In this document: positions 1-8,924 of the stretch, in pieces
Position numbering within the stretch: position 1 is the first letter of the stretch
Layout: each line of letters starts with the position of its first letter
Assembly: GCA_963737905.1 (NCBI GenBank)
Contig: CAVTUQ010000024.1
Location: forward strand, 1-23,318
Direction: 5' to 3'
Length of the DNA: 23,318 bases
Origin: an uncultured delta proteobacterium
GTDB taxonomy: Bacteria > Desulfobacterota > Binatia > UBA9968
Program-made: the position numbers and the translations under genes
Notes under the pieces: generated by a model
What the model saw: the letters and a program-made list of their open reading frames with translations, nothing else
Told to the model about the DNA's origin: nothing
Databases searched by the model: none

Positions 1-129
1 TCCTTTAACAACGCTCTCACCTCCCTAACTCATTGGTTTTCTGAAAGAAACCCGGCTTTCGATGACCTGGCATGCTAGCTGCTCTATTGTGTTTCCATCA
101 ACTTCACTCAACCAAGGGAGGAAAGGAAA

Positions 130-1031
130 ATGCAACATAATTATTCATACCAATCTGCGCTCGCAGTCTGGGACCGAATCGGCTGGAAAGTGGACGATAT
201 CATCGGCGGCGACAAGCGGCTCGAATTCACCAAACCGTTCATGCCGGAATCGCTGGCTCAGGCGCAGCGGCTTTCCTTTCTCACCCCTGACGAACAGTTA
301 ACTCTAAACCAGATCGCGGGCATGAGTATCTTGCCATGTTCGGTCCTGTCGAGGAGTCCATACTCCCCGACGCGGTTAACCATGCGCGGCCGCAAGTCTC
401 CGGAGACGATTACCGCGTCCGGGCTGCTCGAGTTCGCCGGTGAAGAAGCAATATATCCATCTTTTCAAGTGCTTCCGGCAGGAGTTCGAGAACGGGTTAG
501 GAAGCAAATGCGACTTCTCGGTTCCGCCGAGGACGTGAGCCGGTTCGTCCTTTCCCATAGTCCCTTGGGAGTCGGAATTGCGATTCTACACATCGAGTGG
601 ATTATTTTCAGGGATTACATCGAGGGCGTCAAGGATAATCAGGATCTACCCCGAGTTCAGTAGCCTGTTCAAGAACCACCGGCTGGAGGAATCCCAACAC
701 ACGAAGCTTGATACATCGATCCTGGAATCGGTGGTAAAGGAATCGACCCCCCGAGAGATCGACCAGGTTTCAAGGAATACGGCGAGATTGGTGCCTTTCT
801 CGACGATAGAATTGAACAGCAAGCGGAGTGAAATGTGGAAAGTTTCGTTCAAGCGAGCGGAAGAAACCTCTCCAAGAGCGAGCGCGAAGAGATGAACAAC
901 GCCGTTATCAAGGGCATGCGCTGGACCTATCTTGGAACCGGCATGACGCATCCGAACGTTCTCGCCACCGTCGAGGAGATTAAGCCTGAAGCGAGAAACA
1001 GATAGAGGAAATGGCGCCAGTGTTTTGTTGA
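130..1031 (+). pseudogene. Ferritin-like diiron protein (AurF/para-aminobenzoate N-oxygenase-like superfamily), multiply frameshifted
   Basis: Good RBS (ggaggaaaggaaa ATG). Joining frames gives ...LNQI-RGHEYLAMFG-VEE..DDYRVR-LLEFAGEEA-HLFKCFRQEFENG..AILHIEW..LEESQHTKLD..GMRWTYLGTGMTHPNVLATVEEIKPEA..EEMAPVFC*. The E..EExxH..E..EExxH pattern is that of diiron-carboxylate ligands. About 7 frame changes are needed; these could be real decay or sequence error. Confidence 0.75.
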
Positions 1032-1066
1032 GCAAGAATGCAAAATGAAAAATGTAGGAGGAAGCT

Positions 1067-1444
1067 ATGTCAGTCGCAGAAACAACAAAAGAAATGCCTT
1101 TGACGAAAGACATTCTAGACCACCACTTAAAGTGTTTTGGCGAGGGCGACCTCAAGGGTATTCTATCTGACTATGCCCCGGGTGCCGTCCTGTTCACGTC
1201 GGACGGACCCCTCAGGGGAGTCGACGCAATTAGGCCGTTGTTCCAGGCGATGATTGCGGAGTTTGGAAAGCCTGGCGCAGCGTTCAGCATGAAGCAGCAG
1301 TTTGTCGAGGGCGACTATGCCTATATTCTATGGGGCGCGGAGACTGCAGAAAACTTGTACGAGATAGGCACGGACACGTTCGTCGTGCGCGACGGCAAGA
1401 TTGTGGCCCAGTCATTTACCGGCAGGATTACGCCCAAAGGCTGA
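1067..1444 (+). CDS. SnoaL-like / NTF2-family protein
   Basis: 125 aa with strong RBS (aggaggaagct ATG). Pattern DHHLKCFGEGDLKGILSDYAPGAVLF..RGVDAIR..GTDTFVVRDGKIVAQ is typical of the SnoaL/NTF2 fold. Confidence 0.88.
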   Translation: MSVAETTKEMPLTKDILDHHLKCFGEGDLKGILSDYAPGAVLFTSDGPLRGVDAIRPLFQAMIAEFGKPGAAFSMKQQFVEGDYAYILWGAETAENLYEIGTDTFVVRDGKIVAQSFTGRITPKG

Positions 1445-1492
1445 AAACAAGTCTTTATTCCGGTGACAAAATTTAACGAGGAGGCGAGTATC

Positions 1493-2875
1493 ATGACAAC
1501 GCAAACGTCGAAGGTGAAAGAAGAGCTCAAAGACAAGATCAAGGGGAACGTCCTGGTTCCCGAGGACAGCGGTTACAAGGAAGCTCGGCAGATATGGAAC
1601 GCCATGATCGATCGGCGGCCTGCGGTTATCGTGCAGTGCGTACAGGCTGACGATGTTCCACCAGCAATCCAGTTTGCGCGAAAAAGCGGGCTTGAACTTT
1701 CAATTCGCGGTGCCGGACACAACATCGCAGGCAATGCCCTCTGCGACAACGGCGTTATGATCGATTTTTCAAGAATGAAAAGCGTTCGCGTAGATGCCGG
1801 GAAACGGCGGGCCTATGTCGAGCCTGGGGCGACCCTCGCGAATTTCGACGAAGCGGTACAGGCGCACGGCTTGGCGACGCCAGTGGGAATCAATTCCACG
1901 ACAGGCATCGCCGGTTTAACGTTGGGCGGCGGCTTCGGGTGGCTGACTCGCAAATACGGCATGACGATCGACAATCTCGTCTCCGTCGACATGATCACGG
2001 CCGATGGCAAGAAATTGCAGGCAAGCCAAAGCGAAAATGCGGACCTTTTCTGGGCTATTCGCGGCGGCGGGGGAAATTTTGGCGTCGTCACCCAGTTTGA
2101 ATTCCAACTTTTCCCCGTGGGTCCCGAAATCGTTGCCGGCTTGATCGTTTTTCCGTTCAACCAGGCAAAGCAGATACTGACCAAATATCGTCAATTTGTA
2201 GATTCGGCACCCGAGGAGCTCAACGTTTGGGTGGTTTTGCGCAAGGCTCCGCCGTTGCCTTTTCTTCCGGAAAACGTACACGGCAAGGAAGTCGTTGTGC
2301 TGCCGATCTTTTACTGCGGCGCCGCAGCGGAAGCAGAGAAACTGATCGCTCCTCTGCGCGCTTTCGGTAATGCCCACGGCGAGCATATCGGCGCACAGCC
2401 CTATGTTGCGTGGCAAAAGGCCTTTGACCCTTTGCTGACGCCGGGCGCGAGAAACTACTGGAAGTCGCATAACTTCACGGAGCTTGCCGACGGAGCGCTG
2501 AATTCCATTATCGAGTTCGCCGGGAAGCTGCCCTCGCCACAGTGTGAGATTTTCATAGGGCTGATTGCCGGTGCGCCCAACCGCGTCGCCCCTAACGCGA
2601 TGGCTTATGGTCATAGGGACGCGAAGTTCGTGTTGAACGTGCACGGACGATGGGACGAAGCGAAGGATGACCAGAAGTGCATTGGGTGGTCACGCGAGTT
2701 TTTTAAAGCCAGCAAGCCCTACGCGTCAGCCGGCGCTTACGTAAATTTTATGACCGACGAGGAGGGCGACCGCGTCGCCGCGGCTTACGGATCCAACTAT
2801 GATCGCCTGGTGGAAACCAAGAAACGCTACGATCCGGAAAATATTTTTCACTTGAATCAGAACATCAAACCTTGA
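1493..2875 (+). CDS. FAD-binding oxidoreductase, berberine-bridge-enzyme/6-hydroxy-D-nicotine oxidase-like (FAD_binding_4 + BBE)
   Basis: Motifs RGAGHN (covalent-FAD His), TGIAGLTLGGGFGWL, DLFWAIRGGGGNFGVVT and C-terminal YVNF..AYGSNYDRL..KKRYDPENIF. Start moved from GTG 1463 to ATG 1493, which follows gaggagg. Confidence 0.93.
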   Translation: MTTQTSKVKEELKDKIKGNVLVPEDSGYKEARQIWNAMIDRRPAVIVQCVQADDVPPAIQFARKSGLELSIRGAGHNIAGNALCDNGVMIDFSRMKSVRVDAGKRRAYVEPGATLANFDEAVQAHGLATPVGINSTTGIAGLTLGGGFGWLTRKYGMTIDNLVSVDMITADGKKLQASQSENADLFWAIRGGGGNFGVVTQFEFQLFPVGPEIVAGLIVFPFNQAKQILTKYRQFVDSAPEELNVWVVLRKAPPLPFLPENVHGKEVVVLPIFYCGAAAEAEKLIAPLRAFGNAHGEHIGAQPYVAWQKAFDPLLTPGARNYWKSHNFTELADGALNSIIEFAGKLPSPQCEIFIGLIAGAPNRVAPNAMAYGHRDAKFVLNVHGRWDEAKDDQKCIGWSREFFKASKPYASAGAYVNFMTDEEGDRVAAAYGSNYDRLVETKKRYDPENIFHLNQNIKP

Positions 2876-2888
2876 AGCGGATGTCGTT

Positions 2889-2954
2889 ATGGAAGGTTTC
2901 TTACTCTTCGCCCTCATACTGTTCTATGTGGCTATTTCCTTTGGTCACTCATAG
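2889..2954 (+). CDS. Possible small single-pass membrane peptide (MEGFLLFALILFYVAISFGHS)
   Basis: 21-codon ATG..TAG ORF starting 13 nt after the oxidoreductase stop, almost entirely hydrophobic. RBS is weak. Confidence 0.3.
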   Translation: MEGFLLFALILFYVAISFGHS

Positions 2955-3112
2955 AACAAGCGCGAAGGCATTTGGACAACGTGAGCATAGTCGTTTTGCC
3001 TGGGCTCCGGCGCGAATAAGCCGCGAATTGTGACCAAACCAGTAATCAAAACCGTGACGCCATCAGCGGAAAAATTTAGGGGGATCCACATCCCTCATTC
3101 TTAAATGATGCT

Positions 3113-3949
3113 ATGGCAACAACGTGCCCGGTCGACTTCGATGTAGATAGATTGCGCCGGCTCGTGCGTGTGGAGTACGATCGGCTGGCGCGGGAACCCA
3201 GGGGGAACTTTCATTTTCATCGAGGACTGGAGTATGCTTGCCGCATACTCCATTATGACCCCGAGGAGTTGGCAACAATCCCATCCGAATGCACCGCGTC
3301 CTTTGCCGGTGTCGGCAATCCGCACCGCATCGGTCCCATCGAACCGGGTGAAACAGTCCTTGATATCGGGTGCGGCGCCGGCATGGATCTTTTGCTGGTC
3401 GCGCGCCGCGCCGGCCCTTCGGGAAAAGCGATTGGAGTGGATATGACCCCCTCCATGCTCGAGCTGGCCAAGCGCGGCGCACTGAAGGCCGGCTTATGGG
3501 AGAACACTGAGGTTCGCCGCGGCACGGCCGAAGAGCTGCCAGTGGCGAGCGAGAGTGTCGATGTTGTTATCTCCAACGGCGTCCTCAACTTATCACCCGA
3601 CAAGGACCGCGCCTTTCGCGAGATATACAGAGTGCTGCGTCCCGGGGGCCGCTTGTATTTTGCCGATGTGGTCGTTCAAAGAGAACTCTCACTGGCAACG
3701 CGAAGCGATGTCGATCTTTGGGCAGCGTGAATTAGCGGCGCTCTGCCGGAGGTGGAGCTTTATGAAATCACCGCTGGCGTTGGTTTGACGGATGGGAAGA
3801 TCGTCGAGCGCTTCGATTGTTATGAAGGTACCTCTGCTAAAGCAAAGTTATCCAAAGACCTTCTCATTCACGGCGTGAATTTTCTCGCCCGCAAACCGTC
3901 GCGCTCAAGAGGGGCCAACGATCAGCAAACGTCGGACAGGCTAGGATAG
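3113..3949 (+). CDS. Arsenite-methyltransferase (ArsM/AS3MT)-like class I SAM methyltransferase, predicted selenoprotein (278 aa, Sec at TGA 3728-3730)
   Basis: SAM motif VLDIGCGAGMD, IGVDMT, DVVISNGVLNL, EIYRVLRPGGRL. ORFs 3113-3730 and 3752-3949 are in the same frame and are separated only by the TGA. Read-through gives DLWAA-U-ISGAL, matching the ArsM LWxxC(I/V)xGAL motif. Confidence 0.88.
3731..3777 (+). promoter_or_regulatory. Putative bacterial SECIS element
   Basis: Stem GCUCUGCC (3740-3747) / GGUGGAGC (3751-3758) has 8 pairs including 2 G-U. Its apical loop GGA starts 17 nt after the UGA. A lower stem UUAGCGG (3732-3738) / CCGCUGG (3771-3777) is also possible. Confidence 0.72.
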
Positions 3950-3954
3950 TCGGG

Positions 3955-4869
3955 ATGGAAAAATCATCCGAGAAAGAAATCACCACGGCGACTCTTACAG
4001 TTTTCGCCCTTATCGCCTTTGCCGCCAACTCGGTCTTATGCCGATTGGCGCTCGGCCAGTCGGCCATCGATCCTGCAAGTTACACGGCGGTCAGGCTGAT
4101 CACAGGAGCGATCACTTTGTGGATCATCAATCGCTTCCTCCGGGCCGGATCCTTCGGGAAGTCCGGCGGCAGCTGGATTTCTGCAGCAATGCTTTTTCTA
4201 TATGCGGCAACCTTTTCTTTCGCCTACCTAAGCTTGAGCGCGGGAACTGGCGCGTTGATTCTATTCGCAGCGGTGCAAATTACGATGATCGCGGTTGGCC
4301 TCTATGCGGGCGAAAGACCGGAGCTATTGGAGTGGCTGGGATTATTCATCGCCATTGCTGGCCTGATTTATTTAGTGTTTCCCGGGATCACCGCGCCGTC
4401 CATCCTCGGATCGCTACTCATGGCCACCGCCGGCATCGCCTGGGGTGTTTACTCTCTCAGAGGCCGAGGAGCCAGTGATCCTGTCAGTGTCACCACGGAC
4501 AATTTTCTACGCACAGTGCCCTTGGCCCTCGGTCTCATCTTGTTATGGCTATCGACGCTGACTATAACCCCGATGGGTCTTCTCTGGGCAGCCCTATCCG
4601 GATCCATCACGTCGGGAGTCGGCTATGTCCTATGGTATGCGGCGCTGCCTCGCCTGACAGCGACACGGGCGGCCACGGTCCAGCTAGCACCGGCACCGCT
4701 AGCAGCACTTGGCGGAGTTGTCGTTTTATCTGAAGCGATTAGTCTGCGTCTGGTGATATCGTCTGTGGTGATTCTGGGTGGGGTCGGCCTGGCGGCTTCC
4801 CGTCGCACGTCCGTTTCCAAGCGGCCAGAGTCTTTAACCGCTGTCGTACAGACTTCCATCAGAGACTAG
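3955..4869 (+). CDS. EamA/DMT-superfamily transporter
   Basis: 304 aa, about 10 hydrophobic segments in two repeats, with AFAANSVLCRLAL and SGVGYVLWYAALPRL motifs. It starts 5 nt after the read-through stop of the methyltransferase. Confidence 0.9.
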   Translation: MEKSSEKEITTATLTVFALIAFAANSVLCRLALGQSAIDPASYTAVRLITGAITLWIINRFLRAGSFGKSGGSWISAAMLFLYAATFSFAYLSLSAGTGALILFAAVQITMIAVGLYAGERPELLEWLGLFIAIAGLIYLVFPGITAPSILGSLLMATAGIAWGVYSLRGRGASDPVSVTTDNFLRTVPLALGLILLWLSTLTITPMGLLWAALSGSITSGVGYVLWYAALPRLTATRAATVQLAPAPLAALGGVVVLSEAISLRLVISSVVILGGVGLAASRRTSVSKRPESLTAVVQTSIRD

Positions 4870-4963
4870 AAGCGACTTAAGATCTCACAGCAAACAGAAT
4901 TTTTCGTTGCCGAAGTTCTTTAATCGACACGCGGCACATTCTGTATGTTTCACATGTTTCTCG

Positions 4964-4987
4964 GCGTCCACGTCCGACCGTGGATGC
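4964..4987. terminator. Hairpin between convergent genes (possible terminator)
   Basis: gcgtccacg-tccgac-cgtggatgc, a 9-bp stem with one G-U pair. No clear U-tract directly adjacent. Confidence 0.3.
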
Positions 4988-5029
4988 TCAACTCATTTTT
5001 GAACTGGGAGTGAGATCTCAGATGATGAC

Positions 5030-5449
5030 TCATGCGAGGCGGACAACGATCACCCCCATCACTACCATGCAAACCAGTTGTGTAAAAAAGAAAATAAACC
5101 TCAGGGTTACTGCGAAGTTGGTAGGCGTGAGGGCGATATGGACGATGGTCTGGCAAACGCGGGCCGCCAGCAATAGGATCGCCAACCGATCCAGCGTAAC
5201 GCTCCGGATGCCGGTCGCGACAATGGCCACCACCACCGCCGTGTAGAGTGGCAGGTTCTCCAGACAGTTGGCATGAGCGCGCATGGCCCGCTGGTACCAA
5301 TCGCTTCCATGTGGCTCGTCGGCCGGAAATTCCTTAATCGCTGCTCGTCCCGTCAAAATCCGACTCCATCGATACCAGCCGATGGTGCTCAGAAGCGTGA
5401 TTGCAGTCCACGTCGCAAAACCCAACAAGACCCAGATCGGGATTGACAC
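5030..5449 (-). CDS. MAPEG-family membrane protein
   Basis: RAMRAHANCLENLPLY and ARVCQTIVH motifs, 4 hydrophobic helices. Likely start is GTG 5449 (MSIPIWVLLGF) rather than TTG 5479. Confidence 0.87.
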   Translation of the reverse strand: MSIPIWVLLGFATWTAITLLSTIGWYRWSRILTGRAAIKEFPADEPHGSDWYQRAMRAHANCLENLPLYTAVVVAIVATGIRSVTLDRLAILLLAARVCQTIVHIALTPTNFAVTLRFIFFFTQLVCMVVMGVIVVRLA

Positions 5450-5602
5450 GAATCCAACCCTCTGCTTGAACTGGGCCAAAATTCTTTCGCCGCACGTGCG
5501 GTGGCCATGAGACCTGGCGCTCAGGAGTCAATGCTTCGACAATCTGGACCGGTGGGTCTATGCAGACAAAATCTACTAGGAGTTCACACCTCCGGCCAAT
5601 TA

Positions 5603-5642
5603 GACGGCTTGAACGACTGCAACGTTTGGAACGGCTGGAACT
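5603..5642. repeat. Degenerate 9-nt tandem repeat (consensus aacggcttg)
   Basis: gacggcttg aacgactgc aacgtttgg aacggctgg aact, 14 nt beyond the TPP enzyme stop codon. Confidence 0.75.
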
Positions 5643-5656
5643 GTCCCGAGTCGGCC

Positions 5657-7405
5657 TCACACCATCTGCATGTACACATCGACCAGGGCCGGTCGTTTTT
5701 CTTCTTTGATGACCTTGATCGCCCGTTCCACCGCCGGGCGAATCTTCTCCGGTTCGGTGATCGGCCCCTCGCCGTGAACGCTAAAGGTGCGCGCCAAGTT
5801 GGCAAAGTCCACCGGGGGCTTGGCCATTTCCATACCCACCAGTTTGTTCTCCACCGGCCGGCCGCGGTGGATCGCGACCTTTTCCTGGTGCTCCACATCG
5901 TTATAATAAACCCGATTGTTGGTCATTACCGTCAACAAAGGCACTCCGGTGTTGGCCGCAGTCCACAGGGCGCTCGGTGTGTACAGCATCTCGCCGTCGC
6001 GCTGCAAATTGACGCAGATCTTGCCCGTGCCCCGATAGGGTAGCGACGCGCCGACGGACGCGGCGGGACCGTAGCCTAATCCGCCACCGCCATAGCCGCC
6101 GAGAAAAAGGCCGGGTTTATCCCAAGTCCAGAGACGGCTCGGCCAACCGCGAAAAGCCCCGGCGACCAGCAGCCAGTCTTCCTTCTTGAGCGCTTCCCAA
6201 ATTTCGTAGGCCAAGCGCGGCGGCGCGATGGGCCGCTCGTCCCAACGCTTTTTGAGATCCGCTTGCCAGCGCGCGTGAACTTCCTCGTGCTGCCCCGTCA
6301 TCGCCTTGCGCCGGTCATCGACGACGCTGTTGGAAAATTTGCCCTGCTTTTTGATTTCTTCAGCCAAAGCCGGGAGAAAAACTCTCGTGTTCGCGACGAT
6401 GGGCAGATCCACCGGCGCCAGTTGTTGAAAATCGCTGGTCCAACTCCGCACCGAGAGATCGTTGAGCGTCACGTTGATCACCTTGCAGCCGGGCTTGGTC
6501 GCAGGGGCGGTCGCGTGGGTCGCGGGGTCCTGCTTGACCAGAGCGCCGAATAGATCGGTCATGTCTAGCCCCATGATGACGTCGGCGTTGGCGATCAGCT
6601 CGCGGTTCTTGCCGGTAAGATTCAACGAATGCGTGTTGGGAAAATTCATGCGCGCGCCGAAATCGATGACCGGGATCGACAACAGATCGGCGAGCGCCAC
6701 CAGGCTCATCACCGCGTCGTTATTCCGGCCCACGTAATCAGCGAGGATCACCGGATTCTGCGCCGTCGACAATAGTCGCGCTGCTTCTTTGATCGCATCG
6801 TAGTCCGCTTGCAGCGGCGCCGGGGGACGGAAGCGGCTCGGATCGGGCAGCGGGATCTCTTTTTCGATCGCGGCCTCCTGATCGGTGACATCGAAGCAGA
6901 GATAGACCGGCCCGCCCGGGTCGCTCATGGCGATGCGATAGCCTCGCATGATCGAGGACGGAAACGCTTCGACGCCCACGGGTTGGTCGTCCCACTTGAC
7001 GAAGTCGCGCACCAGATTACCCTGCACCTGCGCCGTATGGATCCAGTCGATCCACGGGCGGCGTTTACTCGAATTCATCGGTCCTGTGCCGCCCATGACC
7101 ATCACCGGCGTGTGGTCGCACCAGGCGTTGTAGATCGCCATGGAAGCGTGTTGCAAGCCGACCACGTTGTGGACGATGGCGGGCATGATCTTACCCGTCG
7201 CTTTGGCGTAACCATGCGCCACCGCGACGGCGATCTCTTCGTGACAGCAGAGAATCATCTCCGGATTGGGTTGTCGGCCGCTCTCATAATTCACTAGAGA
7301 ATCGTGAATTCCGCGAAAGCTCGACCCCGGGTTGAGCGCGACGTATTCAATGCCAAGGATTTTCAACAGATCAACGACGAGATCCGATCCATAACGCGCT
7401 GCCAT
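5657..7405 (-). CDS. Thiamine-pyrophosphate-dependent enzyme (acetolactate synthase large subunit/benzoylformate decarboxylase-like)
   Basis: N-terminal GSDLVVDLL..LNPGSSFRG..CHEEIAVAVAHGYAKATG and C-terminal TPP motif QRDGEMLY..TNNRVY. RBS gaggagg. Confidence 0.92.
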   Translation of the reverse strand: MAARYGSDLVVDLLKILGIEYVALNPGSSFRGIHDSLVNYESGRQPNPEMILCCHEEIAVAVAHGYAKATGKIMPAIVHNVVGLQHASMAIYNAWCDHTPVMVMGGTGPMNSSKRRPWIDWIHTAQVQGNLVRDFVKWDDQPVGVEAFPSSIMRGYRIAMSDPGGPVYLCFDVTDQEAAIEKEIPLPDPSRFRPPAPLQADYDAIKEAARLLSTAQNPVILADYVGRNNDAVMSLVALADLLSIPVIDFGARMNFPNTHSLNLTGKNRELIANADVIMGLDMTDLFGALVKQDPATHATAPATKPGCKVINVTLNDLSVRSWTSDFQQLAPVDLPIVANTRVFLPALAEEIKKQGKFSNSVVDDRRKAMTGQHEEVHARWQADLKKRWDERPIAPPRLAYEIWEALKKEDWLLVAGAFRGWPSRLWTWDKPGLFLGGYGGGGLGYGPAASVGASLPYRGTGKICVNLQRDGEMLYTPSALWTAANTGVPLLTVMTNNRVYYNDVEHQEKVAIHRGRPVENKLVGMEMAKPPVDFANLARTFSVHGEGPITEPEKIRPAVERAIKVIKEEKRPALVDVYMQMV

Positions 7406-7484
7406 AAATACCTCCTCGACGATTATTGACTTGAACAGCGACCGAGGACCGAGTCCCCTTCGCTAATGGGCAATGCGCCTCTAC

Positions 7485-7556
7485 AGTTCAAAGTTCAAGG
7501 TTCAAAGGGGGAGGGGGGATAAATACCTTGAACCTGGAACGTTGAACTTTTGAACG
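7485..7556. repeat. Inverted-repeat element made of 7-nt units (agttcaa)n / (ttgaact)n
   Basis: Left arm 7485-7507 agttcaa agttcaa ggttcaa ag; right arm 7526-7548 cc ttgaacc tggaacg ttgaact, followed by one more unit. Arms are complementary at 20 of 23 positions around a G-rich loop. Confidence 0.85.
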
Positions 7557-7568
7557 GCCCTTTGGGCC

Positions 7569-8657
7569 CTAGTGAACGGCGGCCGACTGAGACGCCACCT
7601 GTAACGGCTGCGGAATTTCCATGTCGTAAAGCTTTGCCACGTTGGTGCAGACAAGTTTCCTGCGCACATCCGCCGGCAGGTGCCCAAGGTCGCGATCGAT
7701 ATATTTTTTTGATTCCGGCCATGTAGAATTTCCGTGGGGATAATCGTTGGACCACATACAGTTGTCCTGACCCCACCATTCGAAACTATGGCCCGCCGCG
7801 GTGTCGCGGAAGAACGTCCCATAGACCTGTCGGTTGAAATATTCGCTGGGGTTTTTCGTGATCGGCGGAGGATTCACGCCTTTGAACCTGTTGTAATAAT
7901 AATCCCACTGCTGGAGCATGAACGGCATCCATCCGATCTCATTCTCGACGCTGACGAACCTGAGCTTGGGATATCGATCCAAGACTCCGTAGAAAATCAG
8001 TTCAAAAAACGCATCGATGATTTCCTTGAGCTTCAGATTCACGCTGCCCCGATAGGCCTCGACGCCTGTTCGCTTGTTACCGAACACGGTTTCCTTGTGG
8101 TAGCCATGCCCGGTGAGGATATGCAGATTCACCGGCATGTTGAGATCCTGGGAAGCCGCCCAGAACTTATTGTAATGCTCCGAATGAAACGGTAGGTCCG
8201 GATGTGGCGCCTGCCAGATGATCGATCCCTTGAGACCGGCCTTCGCGCAACGCTCCAGCTCCTTTACCGCCGCGTCGATGTCATAAACCGAGATCGCGCC
8301 GATACCAATCAAACGATTGGGAGCAACCTTACAATACTCAAACAACCAATCGTTGTACGCTCGGAAACAGGCCTCTTGAAGCTTTGCGTCGTCCATGGCG
8401 AAGTGCGGCAGCAGGTTGGTCGGGTAAAGCACCTCGGCGCTGAGCCCGTCGGTTTCCATCTCCTTGATTCGGCAATTTGGATCCGACCCACCTGGATGCG
8501 TCTGAAAGCTTTCTCCCACTTTGAGCTGGGGAAAAACCGGAGCTTGTTCTCGGAACGACGGCGCAACTCGCTCCTTCACGGTGTTGGGTGGTTCCATCAC
8601 GTGGGAGTCCGAAGAAATCAGCACCTCACAACCTGCATTATTTCCATTGCCAGCCAT
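7569..8657 (-). CDS. Amidohydrolase_2-family metal-dependent hydrolase/decarboxylase
   Basis: ISSDSHV, EVLYPT, RAYNDWL, PVNLHIL, VENEIGW and MWSNDYPH motifs. RBS aaggagg. Confidence 0.92.
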   Translation of the reverse strand: MAGNGNNAGCEVLISSDSHVMEPPNTVKERVAPSFREQAPVFPQLKVGESFQTHPGGSDPNCRIKEMETDGLSAEVLYPTNLLPHFAMDDAKLQEACFRAYNDWLFEYCKVAPNRLIGIGAISVYDIDAAVKELERCAKAGLKGSIIWQAPHPDLPFHSEHYNKFWAASQDLNMPVNLHILTGHGYHKETVFGNKRTGVEAYRGSVNLKLKEIIDAFFELIFYGVLDRYPKLRFVSVENEIGWMPFMLQQWDYYYNRFKGVNPPPITKNPSEYFNRQVYGTFFRDTAAGHSFEWWGQDNCMWSNDYPHGNSTWPESKKYIDRDLGHLPADVRRKLVCTNVAKLYDMEIPQPLQVASQSAAVH

Positions 8658-8700
8658 AAAATCTTCCTCCTTTAGCCATATGTATATGGTTACCTATTCA

Positions 8701-8777
8701 TTAACCGCAAAAAACTCAAAGTTCGCAAAGTTTTCGAAAAAACTTCTCTTTGTGTTTTATGCGTTCTTTGCGGTCAA
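8701..8777. repeat. Inverted-repeat element made of 9-nt units (cgcaaagaa-like)
   Basis: Left arm ttaac cgcaaaaaa ctcaaagtt cgcaaag; reverse complement of right arm ttgac cgcaaagaa cgcataaaa cacaaag. 22 of 30 positions match. Confidence 0.82.
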
Positions 8778-8855
8778 GTTTCTCCTCAATCGTAGCGACT
8801 ATTGCAGGTCTACCACCACAGACCTCAACGGGTCAACCGGGCGCGAGCACGCTCA

Positions 8856-8924
8856 CAGTTTCGAGTCTCGTGTTTCGAGTTTCGTGTTTTAAACCCGAGA
8901 CTAGAAACCCGAAACACGGAACTG
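8856..8924. repeat. Inverted-repeat element made of 7-nt units (gtttcga)n / (tcgaaac-like)n
   Basis: ca gtttcga gtctcgt gtttcga gtttcgt gtt - tta - aacccga gactaga aacccga aacacgg aactg. Arms are complementary at 26 of 33 positions. Confidence 0.88.

Noticed and set aside
1026-1031. Second selenocysteine candidate (..FC-TGA at the end of the diiron gene)
   Set aside because: No convincing SECIS hairpin, and the next gene's RBS follows within about 25 nt, so it reads as a normal stop.
3752-3949. Separate 65-aa gene
   Set aside because: It is in frame with the upstream methyltransferase and supplies its expected C-terminus, so UGA read-through explains it better.
5603-8924. CRISPR array interpretation of the short repeats
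   Set aside because: The units are 7-9 nt, contiguous and without spacers, and no cas genes are present.
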